The translations under genes were made by a program, and so were the position numbers. The notes below the pieces were generated by a model. That model was not told the DNA's origin. It was given only the letters and a program-made list of their open reading frames with translations, and did not search any database. This document shows positions 1-16,670 of a stretch of DNA of 64,000 nucleotides, in pieces (position 1 is the stretch's first letter; every line of letters begins with the position of its first letter). Source of the stretch: the human T2T-CHM13v2.0 reference genome, Homo sapiens; assembly GCF_009914755.1 (NCBI RefSeq), contig NC_060933.1; one strand, 5' to 3'.

Positions 1-1144
1 AGTCCAGATGAAATCCCACCTCCCCCAGGAAGCCTTCTGACTGCCCCAGCCCGTCACCTCCAGGGCTTGTCATCTGTGCCACTCATGGGGACCAGGACAC
101 AGGTGACTTCTCTGGTGGACACAGCAGAACGGTCAACATTCCCAAAAGGGAGCAAATTGCCCGAGTCACCAGAAGTGTGACCTTGAGCAAGCATCTGGCT
201 CAGGGGCTCTTGGCTTCCCCACCTGTAGGTAAAATAACAGGAACAGTGTCATCGTGTGGGGGCCCTTCCCTGGACCACCTGGACCAGCCTCTCAAACCTG
301 GCCACACATCTGAGTCACCTGCTGAGGGTTTTGGTTAGTTGGTTGGTTAATTACTCGATTGGTTAGTTTGTTGGTTTGTTTGTTAGCTTTCAATTTGGAG
401 TAGAATTTCTGACCTTAGGGCCCAGGAATGTTGCCACACCCCTCCCGTCCCCAGGTATTGTCATGTTTTCATGGGTGGCCAAATCTAAGAGCTGCTTCTC
501 TGGGGCACGAAGGATGTTCACAAATAGTTGATGAATAAGTGAATGAATAAATCAATGAAACTTACCAGCCCAGCCTCACTACTCGCACCCACCCCCAACG
601 ACCAGCCAGGGTTCATCCACAGAGGGGTGTACCTGTCCAGGTGTCCCCAGGTGTGGGCAGACCCAGTAACTTTACTCTTTCATCGGCCCCACCGCCTCTT
701 AACTCCTCAGAGACCAGCAGGAAGAAACCCTCGGAGGTCGCAGCTTCTGGCTGTTCTCAGGGGCAGGCCCCGTCCATCGGGTGCTGTGTCTACTCCTAAG
801 ACCTGGTTCTGAGTATGGAACACCTGGAGAGGGAAGGGGCCGAGGAGGGGGAGTCACTCGGCTGTGTCAGGCTCCGCCCCTGCCTTCCTGAAGCACACAG
901 TGGGGAGGGGACACACCCGTCATTAACCGAAGAAGCCACTGGGGAAAACTGTGACCCAGTGCTCCCTTGGGACTGGGGGGCAGTGGCCAGGGGTGTTTTC
1001 CCTGAGGAAAAGAAATTTAAGCAGACACCTGCCAAAGGCTGGAGGGAGAGCTGTAGACAGAAGATGGCTCAACCTGAAAGCTCCGCGGGGTGGAGGGGGC
1101 ATCCAAAGGGCGGGAGAGACTGGCCAGTAGAAAACGAGGCCAGA

Positions 1145-1435
<291 letters not shown>

Positions 1436-2325
1436 AGGCTGGAAAGACAAGGGAGAGAGGCAGAGCTGGTGGCAGAGCCAGGCCCAGGGTTTGGACTTAA
1501 GAAGGGGAAGGCGCTGGGGCTCTGAGGAGGAGCTGGAGACAAAGGGAAGGGTGTCTGGCTGCAGGCTGAGAATGGGCTGGGGGTGGGGAGGCTAGAGGGG
1601 TCGGTGGAGGCCCCAACCAAGGCGGGGCAGGGGAGAACAGAGTGAGCCTTTAGGAGAAACCACTGCTGGGGACCAGGCTTCACTCTCAGCCCATCCGGAA
1701 ACCTCTTTCAGCTGATGCTTCCCCCGACCCCCTTCCCCACCCTGGGCCTCTGTTGGAAGCTGGCTGAGGCCCTGTTGATCAGCAAGAAAGCCCAGGGCAG
1801 CTCTCAGAGAAGAGGAGAGGGGGCCCAGAAAAGGCCCCCAGGATCTGGGGAGGGGATCCGAGGAGAGGCAGCTACCAAGCGCCCCAGCCAGGGGGGCCTG
1901 TCCCTCACCCCACCCCGGCACTGAAACCCTCACAGCCACTTTTTTCCTCCCTCCGTGATAAAATATTCATGGCGGCAGAGTGGGCCCTCTTTGGGAAGGC
2001 TGCCTGGGTCTAGCTTATGCTCTGCACAAGCTTTTAAAGAGCAGGGCGCTGTTCCTACTCTCTAAGCATTTTCTAAGTCCTGAATCAATAATGCACTTTC
2101 CTGGGCTTCTCCGGATGTAGCCCTCTTCCTCTCGGTGCCTTTCCCCCGCCCGCCCCCTTATCTTTCTTTCCCTTTTCTTCTCTCCCGTTCTTTCATCCTT
2201 CCATCTCTCCTTTCATTTACTTTTTAAAAAAGTATGAAAGTGTTGAGCTGTTTGGGTGGCCAGTGAAGCCCTGAGTAGGGAGTGGGCAGGAAGGGAGGCG
2301 CCAGACTGAGCCCCTGTGTGTGCAG

Positions 2326-2410
2326 GGAGGAGGAGGAGGAGTGGGAGGAGGAGGAGGAGTGGGAGGAGGAGGAGGAGTGGGAGGAGGAGGAGGAGGGAAA
2401 GGAGGAGGAG
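2326..2410 (+). repeat. (GAG)5TGG 18-bp tandem repeat, about 4 copies
   Basis: GAGGAGGAGGAGGAGTGG x3 plus degenerate copies. Confidence 0.9.
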
Positions 2411-4044
2411 CAGCAGCGGCTGAGCGCTCCCGCTGGCCCTGCTAGGGAAGTGTTTGAGGATCACTGAGCTCCTGGTGTGGGGAAGGAGGAGGGCTTAGCC
2501 TCACCCGGCCTCCCTCTCTCCTTTTTCTAATCAATTAGAAAGTGTTTACAGCATAGCCAGAGAAAAATAGGGAACCTGGGACCAAGAAAAAATGCAAAGC
2601 ACCGGCCAAATTTCAGCCCCACACTCGAAGGAGGGAGCAGTGGGGTTTCACCTATCTGCCTTCTGTGGTAATGAAACCCCTGTCGCTAGAGGTATGCAAG
2701 AGAAGGGGAGCCTTACCCTGTCTGAGACAGACGCCCATGTGTCTGGTCCATTCTGTCAGTCGCCTGTGGGGTGCCCCAGGGATGCACGGGCACTCTTCAA
2801 CTGGGATAGAATTTCCTGCCCCAAACATTCCTGGAAATCTGGCTGTGGGAAGAATCCACATATGCCCAGGGCAAAGCAGAATGTGTCCTTTAAGAAAACA
2901 ATAATACATTTTTAAGTTCCTGGAGAGATTAACCCTTGTCTAGCCAGAGCCATGGCAATGCCTCCCCGCCCACCACACTCTGGTGGTTCGGCTGACGGAG
3001 GAGATCAGTCATTCAGGGGTCTGCGGTCCTGATGAGCAGTGGGTGCCCACACCAGGCCTGGCATTTCATCCTTGCTTTCTGACCTTGGCTTCCCAGTTGA
3101 CCCTCTCCCGGGCAGCTCGTCCATCAGGGCAGCCCAATGCCCTCAGGTCCTCCGAAAGGATCTCAGGGTGTTCTGTGGGGGCAACCCGAATTGGTGTAAG
3201 AAGACTAAGCAGTCGATCTGCTGGAACAGCATCCCCAAAGCGGAGCGAAGCCCGCGGATGCCCACCGCCTCTCCCCCAGGCAGCGTCCTACCTGGATAGA
3301 ACTGCCTGGAGCCACTGCAGAGGGTCCTCGCTCAGTTAGGGAATGTTTGTCATATACCGCTGTGTGCAAACAGCTGTTGGGAGTGTGGCACAAAGGTGGG
3401 TAAGGCCCCTGCTCTCCCAGAGTTCACACTCACAGAAGGTTCTGGAAGGAGGAACACTGTGGGCAGGGTTGAAAGGCCTAAAGTGCTCCCTTTCCTCCCA
3501 AATAATGCGGGGTGAGGGGCGGTGAGGAGAGCCGCTCTGAGCAACCAAGGAACTGAGATGCATTTTCTGGGTCTCCTTTTGAGCCGAGGCAGGTTCGAGA
3601 GGCAGCCAGAGACTCTGGGTTCAAGGTGGACCTGTGCCCAGGCCATGCCCACTGTGGCCCCCCTGGGGGAGGAGCAGGGGCGGTCGCCGTGGCTTTGGGA
3701 GGCTCATTGCTGGGACAAGCGAGTCCCTGGGGAGGCAGCGCTTGGAGGCTCGCTTGCCTGCCCCTGCCTGAGTAATTGCTTGGAGCTGGGAGGAAAATTG
3801 CTCCAACCAGAAAACAAAACAGAAAAGCCGCCTTGGCCAGCTGCAGCTCCAGCCCTAAAATGCCAGGTTGGTTTACGCTGATTCACGAGCGGGGAGGGTG
3901 ACCTTGCTGTCTGTTGTCCAGGGCCTGTGCACGAAGAGAATCTGGAAAGGGAAGGAGAGAGACACCTGCACGCTGGGGAAGGAATTAGCAGCACAGAGAG
4001 CAAGAGGGACAGCGATCAATGAAACCATAGAAGGAGAATGAGAA

Positions 4045-4071
4045 ACACACACACAGAGAGCGAGAGGGAGC

Positions 4072-4103
<32 letters not shown>

Positions 4104-4135
4104 CAGAAAACAAGAGGGAGGGAGGGAGGGAGAGC
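4045..4135 (+). repeat. (CA)n then (GA)n microsatellite / GA-rich tract
   Basis: (GA) run about 4074-4100 and GGGA repeats. Confidence 0.9.
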
Positions 4136-5541
4136 TCAGAGAGTTAGAGACCGTCAGGGCCGCTAGAATTAGAATCAGCTCTGAACAGAATCTCCGTTTC
4201 CGCTTTGTTAATAATTTATTCCCTCTGCAACTTTTCTTACCAATAAATAGGAAGTAATCTGTTAAGGAGAATTCCCCTAGCACCCCGGCTTTCTCCCTGG
4301 AGTCAGGGGAGGAGGATGTGTCTCTGTGCCCTTCCTCCCTAGCAGCATGGGGGCCTGAGGAACACGCAGAACTTGAGACTTTAGGATGTCAGGGTCAGAG
4401 GCGGACAGCCCACTCCTGCCCGGTCATTTTGTGAACGGGGAAACCAAGGCACAGATAGGGCAAGGCCCTGGCCAAGGTCACACATGGTGTTAGGGGCAGT
4501 CCCCTGAGTCCTAATTCCATGGCCCCACGGGTCAGGGCACCTATTGATTTATGCACCTGCCCAAGCCATAGGGTTTCCCCCGAAATGGCAGAGGCCACAT
4601 CCAAGGAGGAGGGTGGGGCTAGCTCGGCTGCCTTTCCTTGCCTTCCCCCACGATTGCTTCCCCCGTGCTCGAGTCCTGGCCCTCTACCTGGGCACCCACA
4701 CCCAGGGCCTCTCCTGGGCAGCCTCCAGCCTTCCACCTTGTATGCGGCAGCAGCCTCCCGTCCTGGTGAGGCTGAGGGGCTGAGGATGAGAAGGGTTCCG
4801 TTGGCAAATCAGCAACAGCAGTCAAGAGACGTGCCGCCTGCCTCCCCGTGGAACCCGAGTCTGCGGGAGCACAGTGCGGCCCAGGCAACAGCGTCCTTTC
4901 CCTTTTGGGTGAAGGGCACCATTTCCCAATTTGTCTCAGGGCCCAGCTCAGTGGGCCATCCCCTGGCTTCTTATCCCACCTCAGCTGCTGCCGAGCCGCA
5001 TGACCCTGCGACATTGCTCAGCCTCTCTGAGTCTCGGTTTCCTGAGGATCGCACTCTCCAGGATCCCTGGGAGCGTGGGAGGTGGGGTTGAGGCACACAG
5101 GGCGCCCAGCACAGGGCCGAGGTGGAAGACATGCTCCCTAACGGCGGGGCCTGCTGTTTGCTGAAGCACCAGGCCAGACAGTGGCCATGAATGTGCTCCC
5201 AGCATCCTTCACCCATGAGCTGGCACCACCGAGGCACTTGCCATGGTGCACCTGGCATCATTCCTATGACAACCCTGTGAAGCCAGTGCTAGTAACCTCA
5301 TTGAGCGTTCATTCATTCTCCGAAGATTTCCCGAGTCCCTGAGGAGGGCCGGGGGCTGGGGCTGGAGTGGGGACAGGATCAGATGTGGTCGCTGCCCGCA
5401 TGAAGCCTCCCCTCCAACAGAGAAGCTGAGGCTCTCGGGCAGGAGAAAGATCTTTTCCTCACCCATTCTATGTTAGTGGCTGAGGGCCCATCATAACAGA
5501 CAGATTAATACCACCAAAGCATACCAGTGGATTTAATATAA

Positions 5542-5831
<290 letters not shown>

Positions 5832-6104
5832 TGAAGACCCAAAACATTGGTGAACATCTATTTTGTATGCTAGGTTTAATGGAGAAATAGTCATGGAGAA
5901 GTACGATTGGCTTAAAAAAAAGGTATCATCTCCTGGTGATAAACTGGCGGGAATTTTGCAAGACCTGTGTGTCCAGGTCCCTCTCTGTGACCCTGCATCT
6001 TTGGAGATGAGAATGTTCCTTCCTCCGGGCATTGGGAGGGCACCTCTCGAATGAGCCTCATGTCCTGCTTCAGGGAAGAAGGGCAGGGGAAGGTCAAAGA
6101 GTAA

Positions 6105-6451
<347 letters not shown>

Positions 6452-6475
6452 TAAAATATTTTAAGAAGGTTTTAG

Positions 6476-7037
<562 letters not shown>

Positions 7038-8065
7038 TTAGTCAGGGGCCTGGAAGTTCAAATGGCTGGGCTTCCCACAGGCACATTTACCTCCATTCTT
7101 GCTAACAGTTCACTTTCCCATTCAATTATGTTTTTTGCCTGCAGCTTGCCTATGATGTTTACAACCTGGCCTCTGACTTTGACTGTACCCTTTGCACAGA
7201 AAATAACATAAAAGGAAAAGCATTTAAGTGCCCATGACGAGGCTTGAAAAGCATGGCATGAAATGGTTTCTCCATAGAATATTTCATGCCAGGAGCTCAG
7301 GCTTGGCATCTGTGTAGGAGGCTCCTCCTCACCCGGTTCTCTGGTGCTATGGGCCTGGCTGGCTGCCTTCCCTTCCCTCTGCCCACCCTCCTTTGACTTC
7401 TAGCCACACTGCCTGACCTTTCAGGTGACTTGCCTATGTGTGTCCAGAGAGATAGGAAAGCTGTAGACATGATGGGCTTGGTTTCCCCAAGATTCCTCAA
7501 GGTTGGGTCCCGTGGAGTCCAGGGGATGGGTAAGTGATGTGCGGCCATGGGTACTTAGTGTCTTATCTGAGACGTGGAGCTGACTGTAGCACCTGCCTCC
7601 TGTGGGTTGCTGAGAGGGTGCAGGGAGGAGCGGCTGTGAAGTGCCCAACCCAGCCCGGGCACAGGGCTGGCACTCAGTGAATGTTACAATCATCACACTC
7701 TTCTGAGTCAGCCGTTCCCGGGACAGTCCACGCCATGAAGTTCCAGGGTTTCTCATGCACAAGCCTGGTGGTCTCAGCCTCATCCCTTCCTCCTGTGGAA
7801 GGTTGCTGGGAGTGGAGTGTCCCTGAGTTAATACGAAGCTGCTGTTTCAAAATAATCGCTCCCATTTGGAGACATTTCCTAGGGATTCTAGGTAATGTGA
7901 GACACAGACCATCTCACATGGCAATCAATAAGAAAATAGAGACTCAGAGAAGTCAAGTGACTTTGTCAAGGTCACAGAGCCTCAAAGGAGAGAGCTGAGA
8001 GGGAACTCAGGGCTTTCAGACGCCAGGGCCCAAAACTGTATGGAAAATGGGTATGTTAACTCATC

Positions 8066-8373
<308 letters not shown>

Positions 8374-8717
8374 ATTACCGCATCTTTCTAGAGAAAATCC
8401 CAAGACTCTTTTTAAAAATCAGCGGTATGATTTTTGTTGTTGTTTTAATTTTCATGAAATATTTAAAGAGGCAGCTACTACTTCTGATACTATCAAAGGG
8501 CGGCTTTGGAGCCATGCTGAAAGGCTAGAGGTGTGCCTAACAGTCTCTCCCTATATTAGGCCACTTTGTTCTGACTGCTGTTTTTGTGATTAGTTGATCT
8601 GCTGTCCTGGAGATGGGTGGAAACGCGCAGACCCAGAGGAGGCTGGCAAACCTTCACCCCCACTCAGAGGAGACACTCCCAGTCTCAGCCCCACCCCCAT
8701 GACATTATCAGCTGTCA

Positions 8718-9176
<459 letters not shown>

Positions 9177-10237
9177 TCAGCGCCAACAGTGCCTTTGCTG
9201 GGATGCTCCACACTCCTGACCAGCTCAGTGGAATTCTGAGACCTTGGGGAGCAAAATCAGAGGGGGACAAGGAGAAAGACAGAAAGAGAAAGAGGGAGAG
9301 AGAAAATTGTGTTGGCCGCGGCTCGGGATTTATTTATTGTACTTGCTGTTGACTGAGCTCGCTCCACAGCAGGCGAGGGGCCTGTAAACACACAGGCTGA
9401 TTCATTAGTTTCTGACCATCTGCTTCCCGGGCCGGGGCGGGGGCCGGAGTGCCCCATAGGTTGGAGCAGCCAGCTTAGAGCCCCCATCTCCAGCCAGAGC
9501 CAGCTGTGTCAGTCTTCCCAGTGACAGACAGGCCGGGTGCAACTGGGGGCTTTGAGGGATACCCTGTCCCCCGCCACAATGCCCCCACCCCATAGAACCC
9601 ATCAGGGGCCTGGGCAGGGCAGGGCTAAGTAAGGCAGGAAGATGAAGAGAGACCAGGGAAAAGGTGAAGTGTGGGTGGCTCAGCAGTTGGGGATGACGGG
9701 AATACTATCAACACTCAATAGGAGATATGTCAATATCACTGTCATTTTATTAATAGCTTATTAATATGATGATAATAATAATAAGTATAATTGAGTGAGT
9801 GGTTACTGAGGTCCAGGCCCAATATGCAGGCCTCACTACACTGTCCCCAATAAGCACATTAACAACTCTATGATGGATGATGAGAGAACTGGGTTCAAAG
9901 ATTGATTCAAGTCAGGAGGGCCTCCTGGAGGAGGCACATGTGGGAGGGCTCTGAAAACCAGGAGGACAGACAGTGGCCAAAGGAGCACAGGCTCTGAGGT
10001 GGGAGGGGACGAAGTGGCCTGGGAAATGGCACAGCTTCAGTGCTGGGTTGATAAGAGCTTTCTGGGTAGGTGACGCAGTGTGACGCCACTTGGTGCCAGC
10101 GTACTGAGAAACCAGGCTGGTGGAGGAGACCCCAGAGACATCCTCTGGGGAAATAGGATGAAAAACTCCCAATTCGTCTCTACCCCTCTGAGCCATTCCT
10201 CCCGGCCTGTTCCCTCTTTGCTCACCTGGCATGAGGC

Positions 10238-10640
10238 TTGTCTTAGTCAGCTCCGGCCACCATAACAAAGTAGCACACGAGACCCAGGTGGCTTAAACAA
10301 CAAAAATGTCTTTCCTTGTTCTGGAGGCTGAAAGTCCAAGATGAAGTTGTTGGCAGGTTTGGTTTCTGGAGAGGCCTCTCTCCCTGGCTTGGAGCCAGCC
10401 GCCTTCTCACTGTGCCTTCAAACGGCCTTTTCTCTGTGCACATGGGCCCCAGCGTCTCATCCGGCAGCCAAACTTCTTCTTCTTCCAAGGCCACCAGTCA
10501 GATTGGACTAGGGCCAACCTGAGGGTCCCATTTAACCTCAATCACCTCTTGAAAGAGAATCTGTCTCCAAATACAGTCCCATTCTCAGATACTAGGGTTA
10601 GGGCTTCAACATAGAAATCTGGGGGACACCATTCAGCCCC
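10238..10640 (-). mobile_element. MLT1 (MaLR) LTR
   Basis: CATAACAAAGTA...GGTGGCTTAAACAACA...TTCTGGAGGCTG...GGGGACACCATTCAGCCC hallmarks. Confidence 0.8.
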
Positions 10641-11764
10641 TAGGAAGTCCCCAGGGGCAGCAGAAGCAGCACTGGGACTTCAGGAAGGGAGTGATGGCTG
10701 GGCTGGGGGAAGGGGGGCATGTGCCTGGGTGCCAGAGCCCAGGTGCAAGTTCTTGGAGCATCTGCCCATCACTCCTCCTCCCGAGCGGCACAGACAGAGC
10801 CCATTCTGCATCCAGGCTCACAGCACCCTTCCCGGCTGCTGGCTCCCTCACGGGTCAAGCCTGCCTCCTCCAGCCCAGCACCTGCTACCCACTCAGGCCA
10901 TTGGGCCATCCCCACAGCCTCTCAGTCCCTCACCATTCCAGGCAACAGCACAGGACAGGGTGTGTCTTGCCCAGAGTCACCCGGCCAGTGAGTGAGGAAG
11001 CTGGGAACCCCCCCGCCCCATGTCCCTCTGCTGTCCTGGCATGGTGGGCTTGCCAGTGGTGTGGATATCTCTGATGATAACAGCAGACTCCTCCTCAGAG
11101 GTGCCATCTGCTCTCGAGAAGGCTGGGGCCAGTCCTACCCTGGCCCGGGCCTCAGTCCCCCCATCTGCTTAAGGAGATATTGGACTCTATGGTGAGCTCC
11201 TGCCACCCTGAGGTTGCATAGGGGCCTGAGGACAGAGCTATTTTGGTCAAAGAGGGATTTGTGGAACCTGCCTCAATGAACCGAGGGTCAGCCCTGCCAC
11301 CGAGGAGCCCCAGGCAGCCAGGGGACCTGTCCTTCACCCTAGAGGATAGAAGCCCAAAGGCTGCGGCTGCTGCAGTGGCACCTGGTGGGGGCCGCGGGGC
11401 TGTGGCTCAGCCCCTCAGAAGGCGGTGGGCCCCATTTCCCCCATGGGGGCCAAACAGCTCATTTGAGAGTGAGAGGTTTTAACTTAGATCCAAGCCATTT
11501 TGTGTCTGAGCAAACCAGACACCTGAAACATGCATCAGAAAGGGCCACAAGTGGTCCGGAGCACTGGGTGGTTGTTAGTGACAGTGTTCGTTTTTTTCTT
11601 TCTTTCTCTTTCTTTCTTTCTTTCATTCATTAATAGACTTTATATTTTAAAGCAGTTTTAGATTTACAGAAAATTGAGCAGATAGTACAGAAAGTACCTA
11701 AAACCCCATGCCACCCTCCCCCACCCACCATCTTTCCCTGCCTATTATCCACATCTTGCATTAG

Positions 11765-12129
<365 letters not shown>

Positions 12130-12144
12130 TTTGTTTTGGGGAAT

Positions 12145-12565
12145 TTCTTTAGAGACAGGGTCTCCCTCTGTGATCCAGGCTACAGTGCAGTGGTGCTGCA
12201 TAGCTCACTGCAGCCTCAAACTCCTGGGCTCAAGCAATCTCCAGCCCCAGCCTCCCAAGTAGCTAGGACCACAGGTGTGCACCACTATGCCCAGCTAATT
12301 TTTAAATTTTTTTTTGTAGATACAGGGTCTTGCTGTGTTGCCTAGGCTGATCTTGAACTCCTGGCCTCAAGTGATCCTCCCACTTCTGCCCCCCGAGTAG
12401 CTGGGACTAGAGGTGCATGCCACCACACCACACCCAGTTTATTTTTTATTGTTTGTAGAGACAGGGTCTCTCTGTGTTGCCTGGGCCGATCTCAAACTCC
12501 TGGGCTCAAGTGACCCTCCTGCCTCGGCCTCCCGGAGTGTTGGAATTCCAGGTGTGAGCCACCAT
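12145..12565 (-). mobile_element. AluJ-type element with three arms
   Basis: Three consecutive AGA(G/T)ACAGGGTCT arm starts near 12151, 12318 and 12457. Confidence 0.8.
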
Positions 12566-12608
12566 ATTAGTCATGTCTGATGAACCATTGTTGATACATT
12601 ATTATTAA

Positions 12609-12995
<387 letters not shown>

Positions 12996-13129
12996 GGGTC
13001 TATGGGTTTTGACTCATTCATAATGGCATGCATCCACCACTGCAGTATTATACGGCATAGCCTCACTGTCCTAAAAATGCCCTGTGCTCGGCCTAGTCAT
13101 CCCTCTGACCCTGGGGACCACTACGTTAG

Positions 13130-13590
13130 TGACATTTTCAGATCCCTCTGGCCTGTTTCCATCAGTGACACTTCTCACACCAAATGTATGGGTTTTCCAC
13201 ACCAACAACCTAGTCTCCAGCTCTCTGGACACCACTGGGTGTCCGATGATTCCGTTCAATTGTAACACTGCCCAGAGCTGGCGTCAGAACCCTCAGGTGA
13301 AGGGCTCAGTCGCACCACACTGCCCCCACCTCTGACGCAATTGCAAGTTCCTGCCTCCCGTACTTCTGTCCAATTGGCTGTAAATTGGGGGTTCCCACGA
13401 CCCCTCCCTCAGGTTTGATAGTTTGCTAGAACAGCTCACGGAACTCAGAAAGGCATTTTCCCTACATTTACCTGTTTATCAAGTTCAGGAACAGCCAGAT
13501 AGAAGAGACTCACAGAGTAAGGGATCGGGGAGAGACCCAGAGCTTCCAGGCCCTCTTTGAGCACCTCAATGTGTTCACCAATCCTAAGGG
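13130..13590. mobile_element. MER21-family LTR fragment
   Basis: GACACTTCTCACACCAAATGTATGGG...AAGGGCTCAGTC...GGGGTTCCCACGACCCC...TTTGCTAGAACAGCTCAC. Confidence 0.65.
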
Positions 13591-13610
13591 TACAGGTAAA
13601 AAGGCTCAGG

Positions 13611-13941
<331 letters not shown>

Positions 13942-14379
13942 TCAGCTAAGGAGATATTTAGAGAGTCGAGAATGTGAATGGGAATTTTTGAGGCGGACAG
14001 AGTGGAAGGGCACATGAAGGAGACAGAATGCCATCTGCAAAGGCTCAGAGGTACAACCAGGCAGGGGCAGGAGGACAGCTGTCCCGGGGAGGCCCAGGCA
14101 CACTGTCACCAGGTGTGGGAGGGCAGGTTGGGGTTGGTATATTACAGAGTCAGGACTCTGTATTCCAGGCAACGGGGAGCCATGGAGGGCTTCAAAGCAG
14201 GGGACTAACACCCAGCCTTCTTGGTTGTCTGTATTTAGAGCAAGGACAAGTATGCATTTTTTCTTTGGAAGCCATGGGATTGCACACCTCTGCACGCATT
14301 GAGGAAATGGGCACAAATCTCCCAGCTGTGTCTGGGCACCGGAGCACAGGCCCTGTAGCCACAGAGCAGGTTTCTCGGT

Positions 14380-15120
<741 letters not shown>

Positions 15121-15129
15121 GGGGGAAGC

Positions 15130-15560
15130 CCTGGATGTCACCTGCAACCTGGGATGCTATCTGTTACCTGGGACGTTATTGGATACCTGGGATGTTACCT
15201 GGTATGTGGAACATGACCGGGTTCTTGGGATGTTACCTGGTTCCCTGGGCGTTACCTGGTATGTGATACATCGTTACCTGGTTCCCCGGGGGTTACCTGG
15301 TATGTGATACATCGTTACCTGGTTCCCTGGGGGTTACCTGGTATGTGACACATCCCCTGGTTCTTGGGATGTTACCTGGTACCTGGGACATGACCTGGTT
15401 CTTGGGATGTTATCTGGTACCTGGGACATGACCTGGTTCTTGGAATGTTACCTGGTACCTGGGACACTATCTACTTCTTGAGATGTTACTTGGTTTCCAG
15501 GAGGTTACCTAGCACCTGGGACATTACCTGGTTCTCAGGACATTACCTGATATTACATCA
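15130..15560 (+). repeat. Degenerate minisatellite (about 19-22 bp GTTACCTGG core; near-perfect 41-bp higher-order copies at 15251-15354)
   Basis: GTTACCTGGTATGTGATACATCGTTACCTGGTTCCC(C/T)GGGG x2.5 inside about 430 bp of related units. Confidence 0.9.
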
Positions 15561-15769
15561 TAGGGACTGCCTAGGATGGCTGGGGCTGCACAGACCCAAT
15601 GCCTGAGCTTTTCCACGGAAGAAGGTGCACATGTCGGAGGAAGGAAGTGCATGTGTTGGAGGTGTGGAGGGCAGGAGTGGAGCCTGTCTGGGCAGAGCTG
15701 GGCTAACTCCTGGTGCTGACTGTGAGAAGTGCTCTGAGGCTGTCCACTGACTCAGTGAATGGGCTCTCA

Positions 15770-16345
15770 TGTTCAGGGGTTTCCGAGACCGCCCTCAGGC
15801 TCCATGATTCACTAGAAAATCTCACAGAACTCAGCAAAGCTGCTATATTCACAGTTATGGTTTATTACAATGAAGGATACAGATTAAAATCAGCAACAGG
15901 AAAAGGTGCACAGGGCTGGGTCCAGGAGATACCAGGTGCAAGCTTCTCATTGTCCTCTCCCAGTGGGGTTGTGCAGGCAGCACTTGATTCTCCCAGCAGT
16001 GACATGGGACAATGCTTGTGAACTATCACCAGGCAGGGATGCTTACTGAAGCCTCAGTGTTCAGAGTTTTTACTGGGAGATGATGGTATAGGCATTGCTG
16101 ATGATCTGGCTGGCCTTTGGCTCCAATCCCTCCAGAGGTCGAGCTGATACTACATGGCCCAAGGCATAGGCTCTCTGATGTGGCCCAAGACCCGCAGGCA
16201 AACATGGACACTCTTCCTAGACAGGACACTCCAACGGCTTATGGATTAGAGGTCACCTAGCAGAAACCAGGCCGGAGTCAGATCTTTCTTTGGAATGTGC
16301 AGGGTGTGGACAACCCAGGCCTGCTGTGGCAGCTCTTTCTTGCCC
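15770..16345 (-). mobile_element. MER77/MER68-like ERVL LTR
   Basis: ATGATTCACTAGAAAATCTCACAGAACTCAGCAAAGCTG...TTATTACAATGAAGGATACAGATTAAAATCAGCAA; ends CCAGGCCTGCTG... Confidence 0.6.
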
Positions 16346-16534
16346 AGCTCTGGAGAGGAATGTGTTTTGAGGAAACTTTGAGGAAGGCAAAAGACTGTCA
16401 TAGGAGATGAAAGCAGCCTTTACCTCCCAAAAACTGTTTAGACTGTGGATGATTAAATGGTTCTGTGTTGTCCTGGGTCATTTGTACTTTTGGCAGATAA
16501 TATGCCAGTCTGTGGGGGCAATGCCATCTACCCT

Positions 16535-16670
16535 GGGCCATCTGTAGAATGGGGATGGTAACAAGCATAAGTCTCTTGCTGGATTGTGGTGAGGGTTAAA
16601 TGAGTTAAAGTTGATGAAGCACACCGAACAGTGCCTGGCACATAATACGCACTAAAAAAAAGTGTTTAAT
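16535..16670 (+). mobile_element. MIR
   Basis: CATCTGTAGAATGGGGAT...GTGAGGGTTAAATGAGTTAA...AACAGTGCCTGGCACATA. Confidence 0.8.

Noticed and set aside
2282-2467. ORF with EEEEEW repeats (poly-Leu on the opposite strand)
   Set aside because: Translation of a simple GAG repeat; no ATG start or convincing exon structure.
11628-11700. Similarity to 40660-40730 suggesting a segmental duplication
   Set aside because: Both are the same L1M 3' terminus; independent insertions.
15130-15560. CRISPR-like repeat appearance
   Set aside because: Tandem degenerate units without unique spacers, in human intronic DNA, with no cas genes.
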